Origin: Auanema rhodensis
Taxonomy: Eukaryota > Animalia > Nematoda
Length of the DNA stretch: 64,000 nucleotides
NCBI GenBank assembly: GCA_964057225.1
Contig: CAXKVF010000101.1
Location: forward strand, 1-64,000
Direction of reading: 5' to 3'
The position numbers were made by a program, and so were the translations under genes. This document shows, piece by piece, positions 1-10,900 of this stretch (its first letter is position 1; the number at the start of each line of letters is the position of its first letter). The notes beneath the pieces were generated by a model. It saw only the letters and a list, made by a program, of their open reading frames with translations, was not told the origin of the DNA and made no database searches.

Positions 1-392
1 TCCATATTAGTCTAAAAACAAATTTTTATTGATATTGGTTCATGGTAACCATGACTTTGAAATTTACGTGAACTTTAATTTATGCTAATTAAATGTACAC
101 GTGATGTGCACTTGGTATGTAACTCGCTTCGACGTGAAAGATAAAGAGATGCGGTTTTCAAAATTAGATTCCCCATGTCCATATTAGTCTAAAAACAAAT
201 TTTTATTGATATTGGTGCATGGTAACCATGACTTTGAAATTTACGTGAACTTTAATTTATGCTAATTAAATGTACACGTGATGTGCACTTGGTATGTAAC
301 TCGCTTCACGTGAAAGATAAAGAGATGCGGTTTTCAAAATTAGATTCCCCATGTCCATATTAGTCTAAAAACAAATTTTTATTGATATTGGT

Positions 393-407
393 TCATGGTA
401 ACCATGA
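393..407. other. 15-bp interrupted palindrome TCATGGT-A-ACCATGA (pos 40-54), present in nearly every monomer; exemplar coordinates
   Basis: TCATGGT is the reverse complement of ACCATGA, with a 1-nt spacer; includes GGTNACC. The common T40G allele trims the arms to 6 bp. Confidence 0.95.
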
Positions 408-450
408 CTTTGAAATTTACGTGAACTTTAATTTATGCTAATTAAATGTA

Positions 451-490
451 CACGTGATGTGCACTTGGTATGTAACTCGCTTCACGTGAA
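451..490. other. Pair of CACGTG E-box motifs per monomer (pos 98-103 and 130-135), the second inside the perfect palindrome TTCACGTGAA; exemplar coordinates
   Basis: CACGTG at 451-456 and TTCACGTGAA at 481-490, read directly. Protein binding is not demonstrated. Confidence 0.85.
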
Positions 491-2993
491 AGATAAAGAG
501 ATGCGGTTTTCAAAATTAGATTCCCCATGTCCATATTAGTCTAAAAACAAATTTTTATTGATATTGGTTCATGGTAACCATGACTTTGAAATTTACGTGA
601 ACTTTAATTTATGCTAATTAAATGTACACGTGATGTGCACTTGGTATGTAACTCGCTTCACGTGAAAGATAAAGAGATGCGGTTTTCAAAATTAGATTCC
701 CCATGTCCATATTAGTCTAAAAACAAATTTTTATTGATATTGGTTCATGGTAACCATGACTTTGAAATTTACGTGAACTTTAATTTATGCTAATTAAATG
801 TACACGTGATGTGCACTTGGTATGTAACTCGCTTCACGTGAAAGATAAAGAGATGCGGTTTTCAAAATTAGATTCCCCATGTCCATATTAGTCTAAAAAC
901 AAATTTTTATTGATATTGGTGCATGGTAACCATGACTTTGAAATTTACGTGAACTTTAATTTATGCTAATTAAATGTACACGTGATGTGCACTTGGTATG
1001 TAACTCGCTTCACGTGAAAGATAAAGAGATGCGGTTTTCAAAATTAGATTTCCCATGTCCATATTAGTCTAAAAACAAATTTTTATTGATATTGGTTCAT
1101 GGTAACCATGACTTTGAAATTTACGTGAACTTTAATTTATGCTAATTAAATGTACACGTGATGTGCACTTGGTATGTAACTCGCTTCACGTGAAAGATAA
1201 AGAGATGCGGTTTTCAAAATTAGATTCCCCATGTCCATATTAGTCTAAAAACAAATTTTTATTGATATTGGTTCATGGTAACCATGACTTTGAAATTTAC
1301 GTGAACTTTAATTTATGCTAATTAAATGTACACGTGATGTGCACTTGGTATGTAACTCGCTTCACGTGAAAGATAAAGAGATGCGGTTTTCGAAATTAGA
1401 TTCCCCATGTCCATATTAGTCTAAAAACAAATTTTTATTGATATTGCTTCATGGTAACCATGACTTTGAAATTTACGTGAACTTTAATTTATGCTAATTA
1501 AATGTACACGTGATGTGCACTTGGTATGTAACTCGCTTCACGTGAAAGATAAAGAGATGCGGTTTTCAAAATTAGATTCCCCATGTCCATATTAGTCTAA
1601 AAACAAATTTTTATTGATATTGCTTCATGGTAACCATGACTTTGAAATTTACGTGAACTTTAATTTATGCTAATTAAATGTACACGTGATGTGCACTTGG
1701 TATGTAACTCGCTTCACGTGAAAGATAAAGAGATGCGGTTTTCAAAATTAGATTCCCCATGTCCATATTAGTCTAAAAACAAATTTTTATTGATATTGGT
1801 TCATGGTAACCATGACTTTGAAATTTACGTGAACTTTAATTTATGCTAATTAAATGTACACGTGATGTGCACTTGGTATGTAACTCGCTTCACGTGAAAG
1901 ATAAAGAGATGCGGTTTTCAAAATTAGATTCCCCATGTCCATATTAGTCTAAAAACAAATTTTTATTGATATTGCTTCATGGTAACCATGACTTTGAAAT
2001 TTACGTGAACTTTAATTTATGCTAATTAAATGTACACGTGATGTGCACTTGGTATGTAACTCGCTTCACGTGAAAGATAAAGAGATGCGGTTTCCAAAAT
2101 TAGATTCCCCATGTCCATATCAGTCTAAAAACAAATTTTTATTGATATTGGTTCATGGTAACCATGACTTTGAAATTTACGTGAACTTTAATTTATGCTA
2201 ATTAAATGTACACGTGATGTGCACTTGGTATGTAACTCGCTTCACGTGAAAGATAAAGAGATGCGGTTTCCAAAATTAGATTCCCCATGTCCATATTAGT
2301 CTAAAAACAAATTTTTATTGATATTGGTTCATGGTAACCATGACTTTGAAATTTACGTGAACTTTAATTTATGCTAATTAAATGTACACGTGATGTGCAC
2401 TTGGTATGTAACTCGCTTCACGTGAAAGATAAAGAGATGCGGTTTTCAAAATTAGATTCCCCATGTCCATATTAGTCTAAAAACAAATTTTCATTGATAT
2501 TGGTTCATGGTAACCATGACTTTGAAATTTACGTGAACTTTAATTTATGCTAATTAAATGTACACGTGATGTGCACTTGGTATGTAACTCGCTTCACGTG
2601 AAAGATAAAGAGATGCGGTTTTCAAAATTAGATTCCCCATGTCCATATTAGTCTAAAAACAAATTTTTATTGATATTGGTTCATGGTAACCATGACTTTG
2701 AAATTTACGTGAACTTTAATTTATGCTAATTAAATGTACACGTGATGTGCACTTGGTATGTAACTCGCTTCACGTGAAAGATAAAGAGATGCGGTTTTCA
2801 AAATTAGATTCCCCATGTCCATATTAGTCTAAAAACAAATTTTTATTGATATTGGTGCATGGTAACCATGACTTTGAAATTTACGTGAACTTTAATTTAT
2901 GCTAATTAAATGTACACGTGATGTGCACTTGGTATGTAACTCGCTTCACGTGAAAGATAAAGAGATGCGGTTTTCAAAATTAGATTCCCCATG

Positions 2994-4401
2994 TCCATAT
3001 TAGTCTAAAAACAAATTTTTATTGATATTGGTTCATGGTAACCATGACTTTGAAATTTACGTGAACTTTAATTTATGCTAATTAAATGTACACGTGATGT
3101 GCACTTGGTATGTAACTCGCTTCACGTGAAAGATAAAGAGATGCGGTTTTCAAAATTAGATTCCCCATGTCCATATTAGTCTAAAAACAAATTTTTATTG
3201 ATATTGGTTCATGGTAACCATGACTTTGAAATTTACGTGAACTTTAATTTATGCTAATTAAATGTACACGTGATGTGCACTTGGTATGTAACTCGCTTCA
3301 CGTGAAAGATAAAGAGATGCGGTTTTCGAAATTAGATTCCCCATGTCCATATTAGTCTAAAAACAAATTTTTATTGATATTGGTGCATGGTAACCATGAC
3401 TTTGAAATTTACGTGAACTTTAATTCATGCTAATTAAATGTACACGTGATGTGCACTTGGTATGTAACTCGCTTCACGTGAAAGATAAAGAGATGCGGTT
3501 TTCAAATTTAGATTCCCCATGTCCATATTAGTCTAAAAACGAATTTTTATTGATATTGCTTCATGGTAACCATGACTTTGAAATTTACGTGAACTTTAAT
3601 TTATGCTAATTAAATGTACACGTGATGTGCACTTGGTATGTAACTCGCTTCACGTGAAAGATAAAGAGATGCGGTTTTCAAAATTAGATTCCCCATGTCC
3701 ATATTAGTCTAAAAACAAATTTTTATTGATATTGGTTCATGGTAACCATGACTTTGAAATTTACGTGAACTTTAATTTATGCTAATTAAATGTACACGTG
3801 ATGTGCACTTGGTATGTAACTCGCTTCACGTGAAAGATAAAGAGATGCGGTTTTCAAAATTAGATTCCCCATGTCCATATTAGTCTAAAAACAAATTTTT
3901 ATTGATATTGGTTCATGGTAACCATGACTTTGAAATTTACGTGAACTTTAATTTATGCTAATTAAATGTACACGTGATGTGCACTTGGTATGTAACTCGC
4001 TTCACGTGAAAGATAAAGAGATGCGGTTTTCGAAATTAGATTCCCCATGTCCATATTAGTCTAAAAACAAATTTTTATTGATATTGGTGCATGGTAACCA
4101 TGACTTTGAAATTTACGTGAACTTTAATTCATGCTAATTAAATGTACACGTGATGTGCACTTGGTATGTAACTCGCTTCACGTGAAAGATAAAGAGATGC
4201 GGTTTTCAAATTTAGATTCCCCATGTCCATATTAGTCTAAAAACGAATTTTTATTGATATTGCTTCATGGTAACCATGACTTTGAAATTTACGTGAACTT
4301 TAATTTATGCTAATTAAATGTACACGTGATGTGCACTTGGTATGTAACTCGCTTCACGTGAAAGATAAAGAGATGCGGTTTTCAAAATTAGATTCCCCAT
4401 G
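2994..4401 (+). repeat. Tandem duplication of a 4-monomer (704-bp) block
   Basis: Variants A159G, T81C, A162T and A20G at 3328, 3426, 3507 and 3541 recur 704 bp later at 4032, 4130, 4211 and 4245. Boundaries are approximate to within one monomer. Confidence 0.92.
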
Positions 4402-4929
4402 TCCATATTAGTCTAAAAACAAATTTTTATTGATATTGCTTCATGGTAACCATGACTTTGAAATTTACGTGAACTTTAATTTATGCTAATTAAATGTACA
4501 CGTGATGTGCACTTGGTATGTAACTCGCTTCACGTGAAAGATAAAGAGATGCGGTTTTCAAAATTAGATTCCCCATGTCCATATTAGTCTAAAAACAAAT
4601 TTTTATTGATATTGGTTCATGGTAACCATGACTTTGAAATTTACGTGAACTTTAATTTATGCTAATTAAATGTACACGTGATGTGCACTTGGTATGTAAC
4701 TCGCTTCACGTGAAAGATAAAGAGATGCGGTTTCCAAAATTAGATTCCCCATGTCCATATTAGTCTAAAAACAAATTTTTATTGATATTGGTTCATGGTA
4801 ACCATGACTTTGAAATTTACGTGAACTTTAATTTATGCTAATTAAATGTACACGTGATGTGCACTTGGTATGTAACTCGCTTCACGTGAAAGATAAAGAG
4901 ATGCGGTTTTCAAAATTAGATTCCCCATG

Positions 4930-7900
4930 TCCATATTAGTCTAAAAACAAATTTTTATTGATATTGGTGCATGGTAACCATGACTTTGAATTTTACGTGA
5001 ACTTTAATTTATGCTAATTAAATGTACACGTGATGTGCACTTGGTATGAAACTCGCTTCACGTGAAAGATAAAGAGATGCGGTTTTCAAAATTAGATTCC
5101 TCATGTCCATATTAGTCTAAAAACAAATTTTTATTGATATTGGTGCATGGTAACCATGACTTTGAATTTTACGTGAACTTTAATTTATGCTAATTAAATG
5201 TACACGTGATGTGCACTTGGTATGTAACTCGCTTCACGTGAAAGATAAAGAGATGCGGTTTTCAAAATTAGATTCCCCATGTCCATATTAGTCTAAAAAC
5301 AAATTTTTATTGATATTGCTTCATGGTAACCATGACTTTGAAATTTACGTGAACTTTAATTTATGCTAATTAAATGTACACGTGATGTGCACTTGGTATG
5401 TAACTCGCTTCACGTGAAAGATAAAGAGATGCGGTTTTCAAAATTAGATTCCCCATGTCCATATTAGTCTAAAAACAAATTTTTATTGATATTGGTGCAT
5501 GGTAACCATGACTTTGAAATTTACGTGAACTTTAATTTATGCTAATTAAATGTACACGTGATGTGCACTTGGTATGTAACTCGCTTCACGTGAAAGATAA
5601 AGAGATGCGGTTTTCAAAATTAGATTCCCCATGTCCATATTAGTCTAAAAACAAATTTTTATTGATATTGGTGCATGGTAACCATGACTTTGAAATTTAC
5701 GTGAACTTTAATTTATGCTAATTAAATGTACACGTGATGTGCACTTGGTATGTAACTCGCTTCACGTGAAAGATAAAGAGATGCGGTTTTCAAAATTAGA
5801 TTCCCCATGTCCATATTAGTCTAAAAACAAATTTTTATTGATATTGCTTCATGGTAACCATGACTTTGAAATTTACGTGAACTTTAATTTATGCTAATTA
5901 AATGTACACGTGATGTGCACTTGGTATGTAACTCGCTTCACGTGAAAGATAAAGAGATGCGGTTTTCAAAATTAGATTCCCCATGTCCATATTAGTCTAA
6001 AAACAAATTTTTATTGATATTGGTGCATGGTAACCATGACTTTGAAATTTACGTGAACTTTAATTTATGCTAATTAAATGTACACGTGATGTGCACTTGG
6101 TATGTAACTCGCTTCACGTGAAAGATAAAGAGATGCGGTTTTCAAAATTAGATTCCCCATGTCCATATTAGTCTAAAAACAAATTTTTATTGATATTGGT
6201 GCATGGTAACCATGACTTTGAAATTTACGTGAACTTTAATTTATGCTAATTAAATGTACACGTGATGTGCACTTGGTATGTAACTCGCTTCACGTGAAAG
6301 ATAAAGAGATGCGGTTTTCAAAATTAGATTCCTCATGTCCATATTAGTCTAAAAACAAATTTTCATTGATATTGGTGCATGGTAACCATGACTTTGAAAT
6401 TTACGTGAACTTTAATTTATGCTAATTAAATGTACACGTGATGTGCACTTGGTATGTAACTCGCTTCACGTGAAAGATAAAGAGATGCGGTTTTCAAAAT
6501 TAGATTCCCCATGTCCATATTAGTCTAAAAACAAATTTTTATTGATATTGCTTCATGGTAACCATGACTTTGAAATTTACGTGAACTTTAATTTATGCTA
6601 ATTAAATGTACACGTGATGTGCACTTGGTATGTAACTCGCTTCACGTGAAAGATAAAGAGATGCGGTTTTCAAAATTAGATTCCCCATGTCCATATTAGT
6701 CTAAAAACAAATTTTTATTGATATTGCTTCATGGTAACCATGACTTTGAAATTTACGTGAACTTTAATTTATGCTAATTAAATGTACACGTGATGTGCAC
6801 TTGGTATGTAACTCGCTTCACGTGAAAGATAAAGAGATGCGGTTTTCAAAATTAGATTCCCCATGTCCATATTAGTCTAAAAACAAATTTTTATTGATAT
6901 TGGTTCATGGTAACCATGACTTTGAACTTTACGTGAACTTTAATTTATGCTAATTAAATGTACACGTGATGTGCACTTGGTATGTAACTCGCTTCACGTG
7001 AAAGATAAAGAGATGCGGTTTTCAAAATTAGATTCCCCATGTCCATATTAGTCTAAAAACAAATTTTTATTAATATTGGTGCATGGTAACCATGACTTTG
7101 AATTTTACGTGAACTTTAATTTATGCTAATTAAATGTACACGTGATGTGCACTTGGTATGTAACTCGCTTCACGTGAAAGATAAAGAGATGCGGTTTTCA
7201 AAATTAGATTCCCCATGTCCATATTAGTCTAAAAACAAATTTTTATTGATATTGGTTCATGGTAACCATGACTTTGAAATTTACGTGAACTTTAATTTAT
7301 GCTAATTAAATGTACACGTGATGTGCACTTGGTATGTAACTCGCTTCACGTGAAAGATAAAGAGATGCGGTTTTCAAAATTAGATTCCCCCTGTCCATAT
7401 TAGTCTAAAAACAAATTTTTATTGATATTGCTTCATGGTAACCATGACTTTGAAATTTACGTGAACTTTAATTTATGCTAATTAAATGTACACGTGATGT
7501 GCACTTGGTATGTAACTCGCTTCACGTGAAAGATAAAGAGATGCGGTTTTCAAAATTAGATTCCCCATGTCCATATTAGTCTAAAAACAAATTTTTATTG
7601 ATATTGCTTCATGGTAACCATGACTTTGAAATTTACGTGAACTTTAATTTATGCTAATTAAATGTACACGTGATGTGCACTTGGTATGTAACTCGCTTCA
7701 CGTGAAAGATAAAGAGATGCGGTTTTCAAAATTAGATTCCCCATGTCCATATTAGTCTAAAAACAAATTTTTATTGATATTGGTTCATGGTAACCATGAC
7801 TTTGAACTTTACGTGAACTTTAATTTATGCTAATTAAATGTACACGTGATGTGCACTTGGTATGTAACTCGCTTCACGTGAAAGATAAAGAGATGCGGTT

Positions 7901-10900
7901 TTCAAAATTAGATTCCCCATGTCCATATTAGTCTAAATACAAATTTTTATTAATATTGGTGCATGGTAACCATGACTTTGAATTTTACGTGAACTTTAAT
8001 TTATGCTAATTAAATGTACACGTGATGTGCACTTGGTATGTAACTCGCTTCACGTGAAAGATAAAGAGATGCGGTTTTCAAAATTAGATTCCCCATGTCC
8101 ATATTAGTCTAAAAACAAATTTTTATTGATATTTGTTCATGGTAACCATGACTTTGAAATTTACGTGAACTTTAATTTATGCTAATTAAATGTACACGTG
8201 ATGTGCACTTGGTATGTAACTCGCTTCACGTGAAAGATAAAGAGATGCGGTTTTCAAAATTAGATTCCCCCTGTCCATATTAGTCTAAAAACAAATTTTT
8301 ATTGATATTGCTTCATGGTAACCATGACTTTGAAATTTACGTGAACTTTAATTTATGCTAATTAAATGTACACGTGATGTGCACTTGGTATGTAACTCGC
8401 TTCACGTGAAAGATAAAGAGATGCGGTTTTCAAAATTAGATTCCCCATGTCCATATTAGTCTAAAAACAAATTTTTATTGATATTAGTTCATGGTAACCA
8501 TGACTTTGAAATTTACGTGAACTTTAATTTATGCTAATTAAATGTACACGTGATGTGCACTTGGTATGTAACTCGCTTCACGTGAAAGATAAAGAGATGC
8601 GGTTTTCAAAATTAGATTCCCCATGTCCATATTAGTCTAAAAACAAATTTTTATTGATATTGGTGCATGGTAACCATGACTTTGAATTTTACGTGAACTT
8701 TAATTTATGCTAATTAAATGTACACGTGATGTGCACTTGGTATGTAACTCGCTTCACGTGAAAGATAAAGAGATGCGGTTTTCAAAATTAGATTCCCCAT
8801 GTCCATATTAGTCTAAAAACAAATTTTTATTGATATTGCTTCATGGTAACCATGACTTTGAAATTTACGTGAACTTTAATTTATGCTAATTAAATGTACA
8901 CGTGATGTGCACTTGGTATGTAACTCGCTTCACGTGAAAGATAAAGAGATGCGGTTTTCAAAATTAGATTCCCCATGTCCATATTAGTCTAAAAACAAAT
9001 TTTTATTGATATTGGTGCATGGTAACCATGACTTTGAAATTTACGTGAACTTTAATTTATGCTAATTAAATGTACACGTGATGTGCACTTGGTATGTAAC
9101 TCGCTTCACGTGAAAGATAAAGAGATGCGGTTTTCAAAATTAGATTCCCCATGTCCATATTAGTCTAAAAACAAATTTTTATTGATATTGGTGCATGGTA
9201 ACCATGACTTTGAAATTAACGTGAACTTTAATTTATGCTAATTAAATGTACACGTGATGTGCACTTGGTATGTAACTCGCTTCACGTGAAAGATAAAGAG
9301 ATGCGGTTTTCAAAATTAGATTCCTCATGTCCATATTAGTCTAAAAACAAATTTTCATTGATATTGGTGCATGGTAACCATGACTTTGAAATTTACGTGA
9401 ACTTTAATTTATGCTAATTAAATGTACACGTGATGTGCACTTGGTATGTAACTCGCTTCACGTGAAAGATAAAGAGATGCGGTTTTCAAAATTAGATTCC
9501 CCATGTCCATATTAGTCTAAAAACAAATTTTTATTGATATTGCTTCATGGTAACCATGACTTTGAAATTTACGTGAACTTTAATTTATGCTAATTAAATG
9601 TACACGTGATGTGCACTTGGTATGTAACTCGCTTCACGTGAAAGATAAAGAGATGCGGTTTTCAAAATTAGATTCCCCATGTCCATATTAGTCTAAAAAC
9701 AAATTTTTATTGATATTGGTTCATGGTAACCATGACTTTGAAATTTACGTGAACTTTAATTTATGCTAATTAAATGTACACGTGATGTGCACTTGGTATG
9801 TAACTCGCTTCACGTGAAAGATAAAGAGATGCGGTTTTCAAAATTAGATTCCCTATGTCCATATTAGTCTAAAAACAAATTTTTATTGATATTGGTTCAT
9901 GGTAACCATGACTTTGAAATTTACGTGAACTTTAATTTATGCTAATTAAATGTACACGTGATGTGCACTTGGTATGTAACTCGCTTCACGTGAAAGATAA
10001 AGAGATGCGGTTTTCAAAATTAGATTCCCCATGTCCATATTAGTCTAAAAACAAATTTTTATTGATATTGGTTCATGGTAACCATGACTTTGAAATTTAC
10101 GTGAACTTTAATTTATGCTAATTAAATGTACACGTGATGTGCACTTGGTATGTAACTCGCTTCACGTGAAAGATAAAGAGATGCGGTTTTCAAAATTAGA
10201 TTCCCCCTGTCCATATTAGTCTAAAAACAAATTTTTATTGATATTGCTTCATGGTAACCATGACTTTGAAATTTACGTGAACTTTAATTTATGCTAATTA
10301 AATGTACACGTGATGTGCACTTGGTATGTAACTCGCTTCACGTGAAAGATAAAGAGATGCGGTTTTCAAAATTAGATTCCCCATGTCCATATTAGTCTAA
10401 AAACAAATTTTTATTGATATTGCTTCATGGTAACCATGACTTTGAAATTTACGTGAACTTTAATTTATGCTAATTAAATGTACACGTGATGTGCACTTGG
10501 TATGTAACTCGCTTCACGTGAAAGATAAAGAGATGCGGTTTTCAAAATTAGATTCCCCATGTCCATATTAGTCTAAAAACAAATTTTTATTGATATTGGT
10601 TCATGGTAACCATGACTTTGAACTTTACGTGAACTTTAATTTATGCTAATTAAATGTACACGTGATGTGCACTTGGTATGTAACTCGCTTCACGTGAAAG
10701 ATAAAGAGATGCGGTTTTCAAAATTAGATTCCCCATGTCCATATTAGTCTAAATACAAATTTTTATTAATATTGGTGCATGGTAACCATGACTTTGAATT
10801 TTACGTGAACTTTAATTTATGCTAATTAAATGTACACGTGATGTGCACTTGGTATGTAACTCGCTTCACGTGAAAGATAAAGAGATGCGGTTTTCAAAAT

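Larger units (their letters stand above)
354..529 (+). repeat. Representative consensus monomer (176 bp)
   Basis: Carries the majority allele at every position I scored; 530-705 and 706-881 read identically. Confidence 0.97.

Noticed and set aside
355-391. Compensatory evolution of the pos 2-38 hairpin (T8C, G10A and G31A improve pairing)
   Set aside because: Other variants (T27C, T27A, T30C, A32C, G37A, G38C, A17T) disrupt it and are at least as common; no paired covariation.
451-529. Budding-yeast-type point centromere (CDEI-CDEII-CDEIII)
   Set aside because: The CDEI-like octamer is present, but there is no long >85% AT CDEII or CDEIII CCGAA motif, and point centromeres are not tandemly arrayed.
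1388-1405. CENP-B box created by the A159G variant (TTTTCGAAATTAGATTCC)
   Set aside because: Only TTCG matches; the required A and CGGG positions are absent.
2019-2201. 60-aa ORF MLIKCTRDVH...
   Set aside because: It exists only because the consensus TAG at pos 8-10 is mutated to CAG (T>C at 2121). The frame is stopped in ~359 other monomers, 176 is not a multiple of 3, and there is no recognisable domain.
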